Shown here: in pieces, positions 1 through 12,054 of the stretch
Position numbering within the stretch: position 1 is the first letter of the stretch
Layout: the number at the start of each line of letters is the position of its first letter
Source: Stylophora pistillata
Taxonomy: Eukaryota
Direction of reading: 5' to 3'
NCBI RefSeq assembly: GCF_002571385.2
Contig: NW_019217899.1
Coordinates: 62,001 to 126,000 of the forward strand
Length of the DNA stretch: 64,000 nucleotides
Position numbers and translations under genes: made by a program
Notes under the pieces: model-generated
Database searches by the model: none
What the model was told of the DNA's origin: nothing
Seen by the model: the letters and a program-made list of their open reading frames with translations, nothing else

Positions 1-836
1 ACACAAATCAACTTTAAAAGGTGTAAGTAAACAACATTTAGAAACAAATTGGTGCCCATTTTTATCAATGAAAAGTGCCCAAACAGGGAAATTATCTCCT
101 AATATAAAAACCTGGTCCCAAAGATTTTTCTTTGACCATTAATTTTCTGATGCTTTGCGTCGACCCAATTTTGATTAAAAGGTATCAAAGGAAAACAGAC
201 TGATGATAGAGAAGTATATGACAAACACTAGTACTGGTTGTTGGATGTCTTGCTGAACAAGGGTATAAAGAATTTCAAATTGACTTGGTATCAAGCCAGT
301 AAGGCTTGCTGCTCTATTTCTGATACCGACTTTGTTATGATAGTGATAATCTCCGCTAGGGTCAAAGGATCTGCAGAAGAAGATTAATATCTTTTCCGTG
401 AACAGCACTTTTTAGGATTGATATGTCGTAAAAATGTGGTTTGATCGGGGGTTTTAAATAGATTCGGAAGTAAACGCAATTAATTTACCGCCGAAATAAA
501 GTTAATATGCTGTGTGGCAAAGGCAAAGCAAATTGCGCCTTTCCAAAGGACCAGTGATGCTAAGGACCGCCACNGGAGGGGGCATCTTCAAATAAGTTTC
601 CTTCGATTGTTTGTAAACTGCTGATGCAGTCTGGCCAAAGTCCCCCGAAAAGTGTTGTGATGCGCATTTCATCATATCCACATGTTAATTTGCGCAATAT
701 AAATATTAAATTATTATTATTGGTATATTAGCCAATATACCATAATCTACAAATATGGTAGGCGTACGCGTCAGCTTAAAATTAAAAGGGAGCTAAAAAA
801 TTTAAGAAAATTTAATAATTTAATTTAACGTTTTTA

Positions 837-905
837 ATAAAACAATTATTCCACTCGCGCTTGTTGGATCTCATATCCAACGCGCGTTCGTGGAGTAATT
901 GTTAA
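837..905. mobile_element. Internally deleted hairpin end of a Crypton-like non-autonomous element
   Basis: Inverted repeat aacaattattccac.cgcgc.tgttggat / atccaacgcgcgttcgtggagtaattgtt, overlapping an ATAA-aacaa-TTAT junction at 837-849. Confidence 0.45.
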
Positions 906-1489
906 TTAGCTTGTTACATTTGCTGGTCAATTTTCATTGGCTATTTAGTTCGCCCATTCCAACTGTCGAAGTTACAGCTGCTAAAAAATCGGCCATGTTT
1001 AATTAAAGAGTTCTAGCGCTTCATCAGCCAAATTTAGCTGTAAATAAGAGCTGTTCAAAAATAATCAGATTGGTGTATTTCATTAAGAGGACCATTTTTT
1101 TACTGATGTCACGCCTGCGTGTATGGTGATTTCACAAATCATCTGTATGCAAAGAAGACAGGAGACTGCTTGGTAACGAGAGCTTAATCTCGTCAGTAGC
1201 CCGCCTGTAAAAGAACAACGCTATTGAGAGCGCAAGTCAGAGCAAGTAAGGTAAAAAACCATCGGGCTTGAAAATGAATAAAAACCAGTCAAACATTCTT
1301 GACTTAAGGAAAGAGAGACCCGTCAATAAAAGATGAAAAAGTTTGTTGAAAGTTTGTATTATTAAAAATTACTCAAATGGTATTGTTATAACATCTCCGT
1401 GCAATCCTTTTCCAGCATAGCTCCCATCTCTCTCTAAACATAACACTCATTACACTGCATTACACTCAAAATTCTGGTTGACTTAGTGA

Positions 1490-1975
1490 AGGTTCTTAGT
1501 GATTTAAATTTAACGTTTTTTTCTACTTATCATCAAATTCACACGTACAACTATCGTTCACATTATTGCAGAACTAATGTCGAGCAGTTTGCAATCTTGC
1601 ACCACGGTCCAAAGGTTTGGAATTCCCTACCTCATGATCATATCCTATCCCACAGATTTTCTGTCTTTAAGATTTCGCTTAAAAAATTCTTAATTGACAG
1701 AAATCTAAATTAAACTTGTTCATCCGTAGTTAACTTACTGATCTAACTTCTACATCGTGTGAGGAACCCACATTTGATAAGCTCCTTACTTCTGCTGGGC
1801 TTCTTCGCCACACTACTTAAAAATGACCGTAAATTGTAACTTTATTTAGTTTAGGTATCATGATATTGTCTTAAAATAATATTTTGATAGTTATTATTTT
1901 AGATTGCTGTAAACAACCGTAATTTATTCTTGTGCTTGTGTGTAAGTGGCAAATAAATAAGTGAATAATAAAAAA
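1490..1975 (+). mobile_element. CR1/L2-type LINE 3' fragment
   Basis: ORF2 C-terminal signature ...YCRTN..QFAILHHGPKVWNSLP...FK..LKKFL, followed by a 3' UTR ending in aaataaataa repeats. Confidence 0.75.
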
Positions 1976-2202
1976 ACATATGTGAGACAAAGCTAGATTT
2001 ACTTTATTAACTTAGTCACCAAAGCTCCAAACCAACTCGAAGTTATCTCAAGTTGTCGCGATCCTGTATCACTCGTTTGGCTTTGACCTTCCTTAGAATT
2101 TGCTTTTCACTATGACTGATGATATAGTATGACATCTTTTGTTTACAAAATTTGAACTGTCATTTATCAACCTAACTTGAAGTAAAGTTGTCATGAACAG
2201 CA

Positions 2203-3489
2203 TTAAACAGTGGCCTCATTCCAAAGTTTTCCATTGGCCATATGAATATAATGTGGGTATATAACTCTTGCGTTTTCATCTCTACCTAATCGTCTTGCCT
2301 TCCCGTTGTTCGTCATTTCAACAGGCGTTTCTTGAATTACTTTTGCATCGCGAACAGCAGCCATGTTAAAAAATGAATTGGCATGGTCATCTCCTACATG
2401 GGTCTTTTCTGATGTTTGTTCAAACCGTGTCTCCCTTTTTCTGTCTGTACAAATCATTTGGTTGCTAGGATGAATGCTGTCGTTTTTTCCTTTATTTGAA
2501 TTTCGCTTGCAGGAATAAAATCTGCAACACAACACGACTAAAAACGCGTCGCGAAATCGCTCGCTCCTCAAGCCAATCAAATAAGGATTAATGGCAGAGT
2601 TCATGAAGCCACACCAGTAAGCTTCGATTCCTAAGCCACGTGGTAATTTTTCTCGGGAAGAAACTGAAACAGCAACCACGATGTATACAAAGAATGGCGT
2701 CCAGCAAATGATGAATACTACTAAGGCAAGGAAGAACGTAAAGACAGTTCTTTCTTGATTTTGTATTAAAGAGTATTGAGAATTACCCATTGTAGAAGTT
2801 GACAACCGCCTTGTGTGATTCCGTACAACGATATAAATTCGTATGTATGCATGGCTCATTACAACTAAAGGCAGTAAAAACGCGATCACAGCCAGACATA
2901 TAATGTACAATCTTTCAAATTTATTTTCAGGAAATTTAAATCCGCATTGTAATGCTGAGGCGTTGTAGACATTGCGACCCCAGCCAACCATAGGTCCAAT
3001 AGAAATTGTCACTGATAGCATCCATACACCAATTACGCTGAAAAATGCTTTTCTCTTAGTCATAATTTTTTCCATTGGCTTTACCACGGCGAAAAACCTG
3101 TCCATTGATATTGCAGTGTGCGTAAATATTGTGTTGCAAATTAAGACAGAGTTACAGAAGGCGTTTAGCTGACACACAGGCCCAGTGCCAAATGTCCACT
3201 TTCTCATTAAAGCAGTTTCGAGAGGAGATAGCATAGTCAAGAAAGTCATGGTGATATCACCAACGGCGAGATTCACCAAGAACATGTTCATTTCTGTCCA
3301 CATTCTTCTGTTGCGGAAAACCACGTAGCAAATTACAACGTTTCCTGTTAAACACGCTACCATGATGACGAGCAAAGTGGCCGCAGCAAAAGCAGTTTCT
3401 GCGACTGTAAAATCCACGAGGAAATTGTCATCATTCTCAGTTGGAGACAAAATGGAGCGGTTTGGAGCAATTGTTTTCTCCCCGTCCAT
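2203..3489 (-). CDS. Orphan rhodopsin-family (class A) GPCR, single coding exon
   Basis: Seven hydrophobic segments with GN (TM1), LAVGD (TM2), SMDRF (TM3), CWTPF (TM6) and NSAINPYLI (TM7). The ORF-track TTG start overlaps a splice acceptor (ttcttgcag), so the first in-frame ATG at 3489 (MDGEK) is the likely start. Confidence 0.93.
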   Translation of the reverse strand: MDGEKTIAPNRSILSPTENDDNFLVDFTVAETAFAAATLLVIMVACLTGNVVICYVVFRNRRMWTEMNMFLVNLAVGDITMTFLTMLSPLETALMRKWTFGTGPVCQLNAFCNSVLICNTIFTHTAISMDRFFAVVKPMEKIMTKRKAFFSVIGVWMLSVTISIGPMVGWGRNVYNASALQCGFKFPENKFERLYIICLAVIAFLLPLVVMSHAYIRIYIVVRNHTRRLSTSTMGNSQYSLIQNQERTVFTFFLALVVFIICWTPFFVYIVVAVSVSSREKLPRGLGIEAYWCGFMNSAINPYLIGLRSERFRDAFLVVLCCRFYSCKRNSNKGKNDSIHPSNQMICTDRKRETRFEQTSEKTHVGDDHANSFFNMAAVRDAKVIQETPVEMTNNGKARRLGRDENARVIYPHYIHMANGKLWNEATV

Positions 3490-4507
3490 GTTAAGAACTT
3501 TCTGCAAGAATTCGCAAAGAAAACGAGAAAAGTTACACTATAATTTTCCTTGAGCTTTCGCTTGAAGTGTGTATTGTTTTAGGTTGTACAAAACATGCAA
3601 ACAAATTTGCATTTGAAAATCTTCATATTTAACCGTTCTAGGCGGTTTCACATAAATTTTACTTTCAGTTATTTTTCAAGTCAAATACAAAACATTTCCT
3701 TTAAAATTTAATTTCACATTCAGAGTCGAAACCACAGAAAATACGGTTATATACCGATCAACTGACACCTGCCAAGTCAGGCAGGAAGCTTGATGAGAAT
3801 TTACGAACATTTACCTGTTGAGTTAAAGTCACGAAAACACTATTCTTCTTACAACAGCGATAAAACTTCTGAAATCTGCACCGCAACTTGGTCTCCTTAC
3901 AATGTACGCTCAAATGTGGGAAGGCCTCCAACTAATTCAGGCGCGATGTTCACTGCCGGTACCAACCTGAAAAGCGACTGTGGCTCGCTGACAGTCTGCG
4001 ATGGAAAACAATTTCGCTCATCCAGAACAAATTACAAGTCAAGCATTTTGTTAATTTTTCTAAAAATATTTGCATTCCTGACTCCTATAATAACATCAAA
4101 AACATTTGCATACCGTGGTGATGGTAGGCTTGTGTTTTGGCTATTTTCGCTTTTATTTGGTCAGATAATACCAAACCGCTCGATCACTGAATATGAGGAA
4201 ATAAGTGAAAAACTGTGCTACTGGCAATTTATCTGTTTGTTATTCCTTCAGTGTGCTTCGACCTTTAATAGTATTATATTAATCACGATGACGATAACAA
4301 TTGCAATATAATGATAATACTAAACACCAAATTTTATCGTGAAGGTGAAACTGAAAAGCTATTTGTTTAACTTGAAAAGGTCAGAAACGCTTCGTCAAAG
4401 GTGTATAGGCTGTATATCTTGCAAAAATATTATAAACTAATCGATGCAAAAGTATTACCAACCTCAGGTATCAGGTAAGCGTTCGAATAAGTATAAACAT
4501 ACATATG

Positions 4508-4817
4508 TCTTATTAACCAAGCGCGAGGGCCGTACTGGGAGAATATCGGCCCGAGGTCTTGACAGTACGGACCGAGCGCAGCGAGGTCCGTACAAAAAAG
4601 ACCGAGGGCCGATATTCTTCCAGTACGGTCTCGAGCAAGCTTGGTTAATAAGAGATTTATTACACGACTGAAGTTCAAAGGGACACAAGTGCGGTATCAT
4701 TCGGGATCATTCGGGACAGTGCCCGGTCCAATACTGAGAGAATATTGACCGGCAATAGAGCATTTTGATTGGGTGATTTTAGTTATTGGCCCTCTGACTT
4801 CCCGAGTCGTGTAATAA
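4508..4817. mobile_element. Non-autonomous double-inverted-repeat (Crypton-like) element, family A copy 1
   Basis: IR1 tcttattaaccaagc...gcttggttaataaga forms a ~145 bp hairpin, followed by IR2 ttattacacgact...agtcgtgtaataa. Near-identical copy at 45610-45920. Confidence 0.8.
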
Positions 4818-6121
4818 AAGTAGATTATTGAAAGCAGTAATCTGATCAAATAAATAAATGTGTTACAGAATAAATATAACAATATGGTGCGAAGGTATTA
4901 TCTGACTGTTTTAATCAGAACGTCCGAATTGTCAATGGGAGGGTTAAGAAATCTCTCAAAGAATTATGAAAACCTGCAGAAGACACTACTGTGTATTAAT
5001 ATAGTATCTGGAAGAGCATTCGAAAGTTAAGTCTTAGCTACATTCTGTTTCTCCATTGAAACATAGACTGAACGGTATTCTTATATAAACTTATGTCTGA
5101 ATCTCGACTTAGTCAATAAAGTAATCACGCATGATGATCATTCACTAATAAAATGTTTATGATAAAGTTAAGTAAACATTTGTTTATCTTCACTTTGTCG
5201 TGGGAACCTTTCTTACAAGGACGCAGAGGAGGCTGAGATGAACGCCTTGATTTTGCTCATCTTTCTAATTTCAACTAGACGCATATCTGCGTGAACTCGG
5301 GCTTTCAATATCGCACATCTGGAGTTATCTTTGGGGGACTGCCATATTGCCATCGTTACTGTCGTCACGCAATTTCATCATTGCCGGTCACGAACAAGTT
5401 TACTTGTGTTTATGTTTGTCTGCTGGAGTGTAATGAATGTTGTTATGGTACTGGACAACAATCAAAATAATATATTACCATATAGGGGTAAGTTCCTATT
5501 GATGCCAAAGGTTGAAAGGCAAGGACTTTTTAATGACTTTAAAGGCCAAGTTTTAGAAAATTGAAGGACCACTTTTGGAAAGGTTTGCATAAGCAATTTT
5601 AAAATCATTTAATATTATTTCTCAACTTTTCCATGAAAGTACTGTAATTTTCAACTTGAAAACTGCTAAAGAAAAAGTATTGCAAAAATCAAGCCTTAGT
5701 CCTCAAATTTAAGTACTTTCAAGGCCTTGAGTTTTTAATTTTTAAATTCAAGCAACTTCAAGGACTTTCAAGCCTTTTACAAACCCTGAGTGTACTTGTC
5801 TTTAACAGCAAGGAGAAGGGAATTTTTTATCTATTATTGGTACCAAGTCAAAGCTTGTTGCCAAATGTCCACCCATGGAGAGTTGTCAGAAATCAGTAGA
5901 TTGAGGCAATATTACAGTTCAATAGTTCATATAATTGTTTTGAATAGAAAAATCCCTGAATATTTAATACTGCTGATGGCCACAACAAGAGAAGCAGTGC
6001 TATTTACAGTTTTAGTATGTTCAATTAAAGGCATTTGACTTTCATTACATACCAAGAGGGAATACACATATTTTGACCTTTTTGTGGGTTTCAAAATAAA
6101 TGTCATACAAAAATCTGAAAA

Positions 6122-6347
6122 NNNNNNNNNNNNNNNNNNNNNNNNNNNNNNNNNNNNNNNNNNNNNNNNNNNNNNNNNNNNNNNNNNNNNNNNNNNNNNN
6201 NNNNNNNNNNNNNNNNNNNNNNNNNNNNNNNNNNNNNNNNNNNNNNNNNNNNNNNNNNNNNNNNNNNNNNNNNNNNNNNNNNNNNNNNNNNNNNNNNNNN
6301 NNNNNNNNNNNNNNNNNNNNNNNNNNNNNNNNNNNNNNNNNNNNNNN
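6122..6347. other. Assembly gap (N run)
   Basis: Run of N. Confidence 1.
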
Positions 6348-9239
6348 TTCTGAAAAGAATTTGATAAAAAGCAATAGCATACAGGTTTTTTAGAACAGAG
6401 TTTGAAACAGGATATTGGCGGAGATGACCCCTCATAAATTTATACCTCGGGCGTTTCCTTCGTAAAGCCCGAGTAAATATTTAAGTTATTATCTCCGGAG
6501 GTGAATCCCTGTGGACCTTGGCGACCCAACCCAAGCTTCCTTGACTCCTTTTCCTCCTCTTTCACTTCTCTGCTATTATTACTCCATTCACTACCACGCC
6601 TCTTTTTTATTGCCGAACGTCTTTCACTGACTATTTTATAAAACTAAGTTCAGCGAGAGTTGATCGGCGCGAGTCTTGTGCACTGTGGCATCAGAGCAGG
6701 TTGCAAAGGTTTGTGACTAGCAACTCGATACTACATCGCAGCAGAAGATTCAGGGCTGGAGTGTTAGGTCCGGAAGAAACCACCAGGGGGTGACTATGGG
6801 GATTACACCAGATCTTGAAGACTTACACGGAGATTACGAACAGTATGCCTCCATGATACTTTTAATCTATAAAATTCAGAATAAAAATAGTATTTAGAGA
6901 ATCTGCCTCTCTATCCGTTTTGTGTGTGCTTAGGGTGTTCATCGGTGAGGCTGCAGGGAGCTTGGGACAGAAAAACACTCCAAGCGACGCAATTGATTCC
7001 ATGTTTTGCAAAAACACCACAGGAATGGATGTAATGAGATATGATTTATTCATGCGTCACGTATTATCTGGTGTAACTCGTAGTGTCAGGTTCTTCCGAG
7101 GAGAAGGATTCTACGACGAAATACGACTTGAGAACAGACAACCGGATATACCTTGCAAAAGCCTGTTGGAAAAATTCACAAATTTGAAACGGTAAGGGTC
7201 TAGTTTCTGTTACAAAAAATGAAGGAAGAATGTTGTCCATTTTTCCCCTTGTCATGTGGTTGATTCTTACATAAGAATGATGTATGCAGCATGAATTTAG
7301 TGCTTTTCAGGATAATCTATAACTCGAACGTATTGATCTCAACCGCTTTCTCGCTGTTCTTCAACATATTTATGTTCCATTACTCCCTAAAATGGCATGG
7401 TTACTGACCATCCAACCTCAATTTGCACCGACAGGAGTGAGTGACCTAGAACATAGAGTTATTTTGTTATGCGCCTGCATGTTTGAGAGCCATTTTGATG
7501 TTTCGGAAACGAATACTATTCTGTTTTAGTTTAAAGCGGCCATAAACTAAGATTGAAGAAGTGCTTTTGTACACAATTGTTATTCTAAAATAGACCCGTC
7601 ACAGTTCACATATTTACTAAGACATTTTCGTGCGCGAAAGATCATTTAGTTGGTCAACGATTCTCGAGGTCGCGTGTTGTCTTATTTATTACCCGCACCG
7701 AGCATCGTTCCCACTTTCCTGTTAGCTCCGAAACATCATGTTAATTCTACTACATGTGATAGAAAAAATTTCTGAAAAGGAATTACATGAGCTGTGTTTG
7801 GGCAAATTTCTGGAGACATAGAAGGAAAACTAAATGTAATTTAAATGTTCTCAATCCCAAATGGAAGTGGTTTTTAGTTCTCAAATTACTTTAGTTTTGG
7901 CAAATCGTGCTGTGTCAAGTTACGCACTACATCTAAGTTTTCAATTTCTTTTCCCCAGAAAGTGTATCCAAGGTTTTCCATCTGCTACATGGTATAGATT
8001 AGTAATGAATTCCTAGTTGGTTTCTTCAGACGGATTATTATTATTTTCATCCATTGAGTTAAGTAGAATCATAAACAACTCTGATGATTGGGTCTTTTAA
8101 ATGAAAACCTTTCGTGTTTAGGAGCGATTTCTTTATGCGTGATGTATTGCTGACGAAGGTTTACCACAGCTTTTTAATCATAGGCAGCTTGTTCCTCCTT
8201 TAACCAAAGATTATAAAATCAAATTTATTCCTCAATAACAATCTTTCCTTTCGCGCAGAAATTTCAATTCCATGTTAAATATCGAATATATTCACTCCTA
8301 AAGTTTGATGTTGCTTCTCAAAATTTATGTGGTTAGATCAAAAACAAAGTGTGACGAATGAGAATGTTTAAGTTGAAAAAGAAAATCAACAACGAGGGTT
8401 TAGCGCTGTCCAAGGGAAAATGAGGTAAGCCGCTAATTTTTAATTAAATATCCTATTTGGCATTTTGCTCTTTGCTTCTTTTGTTTTGCATCATCCTACT
8501 CAGGAAAACTATCAGTTTCGTTTATTTTCGATACTTGATTAAATTTTATCGACGAAGTCAGTGGATGCATTATTTCATGCTTGTTTTGTATGGATATTAT
8601 CACAATTCGGTGAAAATAAAGTTAATAAAACGCACAGATACAAAGAATGCTTTGTCAAGGGGTATATGTACGTGGGTCCATTAAAAAAAACTCAAGACAA
8701 AAGTAAAAAGTAAATGATAAAGAGAAGAATGGCTAAAGGAAGAGGAGATCTGATTTCGTTGAAATGTAAATCAGAGACTACATACAAGGATTGTTCTTTC
8801 AGGAAAGTTGCATCAGATATTGAAAACTTCGATCCTTGGGTCGACTTTTTTTTCCAAGACCTCGAATAGAGGCAAATGAACATTTTCCTTAAAATGCGTT
8901 AAGAAAACAAGGTCATTTCAATGTGATACCCTTTAGAGGGAGAAATGGAGGAATGGTTTAAATTTTAAACGGCATCGAATGCCAAAACGCATTGTTTTAC
9001 GTTTGTCCGTATCACAAATCCGCTAGTTGTGGGTTTGTACCGTCAGAAACTTTGGTTCGCTGTCCGTAAGCGTAGTGTCATCTGCCCATAATTTGACAAG
9101 TGAAAGAAGCTCCAGCACAAACATTAAACCGAAAAGGCCCAAAATTTTTCCAGGAGATACACCCTTTTTGCATGAGCCCAGAACAATAAATTTCCGCGCG
9201 ATACGACGCTTTACGATCGACCGGTTAGAAAGTTCTGGA

Positions 9240-9300
9240 ATTTCCCACGCACGAGATTACTGTGTGATGGATGTCCTCCCCTGGGGTGGGATGGGTGGAT
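9240..9300 (+). repeat. SINE body fragment
   Basis: atttcccacgcacg.gattactgtgt...ctcccctggggtgggatgggtgg is shared with the SINE at ~53250-53310. Confidence 0.7.
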
Positions 9301-9348
9301 AACAGGACCCCTGTTGATACCAGTGTTTACTACACTGAAGGGGCTAAC

Positions 9349-9681
9349 CATCCTCGGAGACCCAGGGGCGTTGAGTCGATTTCAAATTAAGGGCAGAGGA
9401 GCCCCTCGGTCGCACTCGTTCTGGCATCTGATTGGTGCCAGGAAATCTTTGTGTTTTTTTGCCCAATCAGAGTGAAGTGTCCTTTAGAGTCCTTTCGTGT
9501 GTTTTAACACGNAAACCTCATTTCACTCTGATTGGGCAGAAAAACACAAAGATTTTCTGGCACCAATCAGATGCCAGAACGAGTGCGACCGTTTGGAACT
9601 AGTCTTGTAAGACAATGTCCCTTAGGGGCTCTTCTGCCCTTAACTTGAAATCGACTCACAGCCCCTGGGTCTCCGAGGATG
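9349..9681. mobile_element. Palindromic MITE, possibly AcademH-type
   Basis: TIR catcctcggagacccagggg / cccctgggtctccgaggatg with long internal inverted repeats. Flanking 9-mers ggggctaac / ggggctatt match at 7 of 9 positions. Confidence 0.8.
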
Positions 9682-10212
9682 GGGGCTATTCTGTATAAAT
9701 ATAAATGTCTACTACATTCAAGGAGAGTGTCACAGTTCCAGTTTGAAGAGCAGCAGTGTGTATGTGGGACAACGATGAACTACATAGAAAAGTCGAACGC
9801 TCGAGAAAACAAGACAGATTTGTTCTACTTCGCTTTCACAGCCCCAAGTTTCAGGATGAAGCGGTTCATAGGCCCATCCTTCTTTGTCACACGAGGGAAA
9901 CTAAGATGGAACAAAAGCCCAGCCTTAATTTTTATCTTGTTTAAGTTACCTGCAAGTGGTGGTTAAAACAAAGAAAGAATATGACATATCAAACGGTCGC
10001 GAAATGTTGATTCATTATTTTGAGTTAGTTGTATTTGTTAAATTTCGTACAGTACATACAGTAAGTTGGCACTGCTCTTGAGTCCTTAGCTAGTGCCACT
10101 TATGATAAAATAAAAAGAGGTTATCGTCTTCTGTCGACTAAATTTCACCGATTCCTTCTTTTCAGGTACGCCATCAGTACAAGCTAACCTGAAAACTGGG
10201 TGGAAGAATCGC

Positions 10213-11283
10213 ATGGCAGTGATTTTAGACGGGAAAAAGGTCTGCATCTGCCTCCCTCTCATAGGACTGTTTTTGTGTTGTTTGTACAGTATTTTATTGA
10301 AGGAACCTAAAACGCTGTTTGCAAGCAGAGGTTCCAAAGGTGGAGACGAGTTATTAGAAGGAGACAGTGATATAAACAATTCCTTGTCATGGGAATTTGA
10401 TAACCCCGTTGGACTTTGGTCTTCAAGTGCAGCAGGAAAGACTACAGAAAAATGGAATGAACTCGTCTCCAAAGAAAGTAACGAACATATTGTGCAAAAA
10501 CGTCTTCCAAATGCTATAATCATAGGCGTCAAGAAAGGAGGTACAAGAGCTTTGTTGGAGTTTCTAAGGATCCATCCAAGGATTAAGGCGTGCCCGTGGG
10601 AAGTGCATTTCTTTGACACCGATAAGAATTACCAGTTGGGACTGGACTGGTATCGGGAACAAATGCCAGAATCACATTCAGATGACATCACTATTGAGAA
10701 AACACCAGCTTATTTTGTGAGGGATAAGGTTCCTCAAAGGGTTTATGAGATGTCAAAGACCGTCAAACTCATTGTGATAGTACGTAACCCCGTCGATAGG
10801 GCAATTTCGGATTATGTGCAGGTTACACAAAGAAGGCATGGCGTTCTACCGCCGTTTGAGAAATATATAACGAAAGATAAAACAGAAAAGGCTCTGAGAA
10901 CTTCAATCGGTTTATTAAGAATTGGTGTTTACGTGAAACATTTACGAAATTGGTTAAAATACTTCCCTATCTCACAGTTTCACTTCGTCAACGGAGATGA
11001 ATTGATTAGTAACCCAGCCAAGGAACTGCAAACTGTGGAGAAATTTCTTAACATCGAACCCCTAATTAAGAAGGACAACTTCTACATAAACCAAACCAAA
11101 CGTTTTCCTTGTGTAAGTACGTCTTTCAAGGTGAAAAAAGGGAATTCAGGGTGTTTATCTGAGGCTAAAGGGAGGCGTCACCCTTATGTTAGAAATGACA
11201 TTCGCAAACTTTTAGAAAACTACTTCCGGCCATACAATGAGGAGTTTTATAAAGAGGTAGGAAGAGACTTTCATTGGTCATAA
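10213..11283 (+). CDS. HS3ST: Heparan sulfate glucosamine 3-O-sulfotransferase (HS3ST1/5-like), type II Golgi membrane protein
   Basis: N-terminal signal anchor; PAPS-binding motifs IIIGVKKGGTRAL and RNPVDRAISDY; EVHFFD, EKTPAYF and KGRRHP. A splice acceptor at ~10166 just before the ATG implies a non-coding upstream exon. Confidence 0.93.
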   Translation: MAVILDGKKVCICLPLIGLFLCCLYSILLKEPKTLFASRGSKGGDELLEGDSDINNSLSWEFDNPVGLWSSSAAGKTTEKWNELVSKESNEHIVQKRLPNAIIIGVKKGGTRALLEFLRIHPRIKACPWEVHFFDTDKNYQLGLDWYREQMPESHSDDITIEKTPAYFVRDKVPQRVYEMSKTVKLIVIVRNPVDRAISDYVQVTQRRHGVLPPFEKYITKDKTEKALRTSIGLLRIGVYVKHLRNWLKYFPISQFHFVNGDELISNPAKELQTVEKFLNIEPLIKKDNFYINQTKRFPCVSTSFKVKKGNSGCLSEAKGRRHPYVRNDIRKLLENYFRPYNEEFYKEVGRDFHWS

Positions 11284-12054
11284 ACAAATGAGTGTCATAC
11301 TTGAACACTAACGGATATTGCAAGTATACTTATGCAATAATGTCAGTATTGTTACTTCTAAAAAACATTTTATCAGTAAAATTGCTCTTGTTGATTTTGT
11401 TGTTAATATCATTTTACAGCCCTGAAATTTCGTGGTTCGTGTTGTTAATACACAAGCCGCGATAATCAGATTTCACAATCGTTTATGTGCGTAAGGCTTA
11501 CGACTCTCGCTTATTTATCGGAAAGGTTTCTGCCAGCAATAATAACATTTCAGCAGTTTCACTCATATCCGCCTGTGCTGGCCTGGAGACCACAAGGATA
11601 AAATATTGACGGCACAGACTGCGTCAATTATGGGAAACGTTTCTGGCTTGACTTTTCTCGACTAATAGTTTTAATGTTGTTGTTGGTGTCATTGTTGCTT
11701 TTGTTCTTGTTGAATTTCTTTAACCGTATACGATTTGTTTACCAGCTGGTACATTGGAATGTTTCATTAGCCGGCCGTTGTTTCCGCCGAGAAAATGTTA
11801 TGCTGTTACTCTTCTCGGAAAGTCCCTAAGCTAACTCAAACCAATCGCGGCAGACCACTTTTAGAAATGCAAATTACTGCGCTGGGCGTGGGCGTTACTG
11901 CAATTCGACTCTGGAAGTACATGTCCAAAAAACAATAGCATTCTCGGCGAATAATAATCCCGAAAATTTAATTAAAAAAGCGAATCGACGACTTCTTATC
12001 ATCTCACCAACGCTTGATCTATTCTAAGTGTCAATCGGTTGTTGCTAACAAGAG

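Noticed and set aside
3790-4311. 173-aa plus-strand ORF near the GPCR
   Set aside because: Non-ATG call, no recognisable motifs, ends in low-complexity sequence; probably GPCR intron/5' region.
6045-6435. ORFs spanning N runs (also 16419-17024)
   Set aside because: Artefacts of translating assembly gaps.
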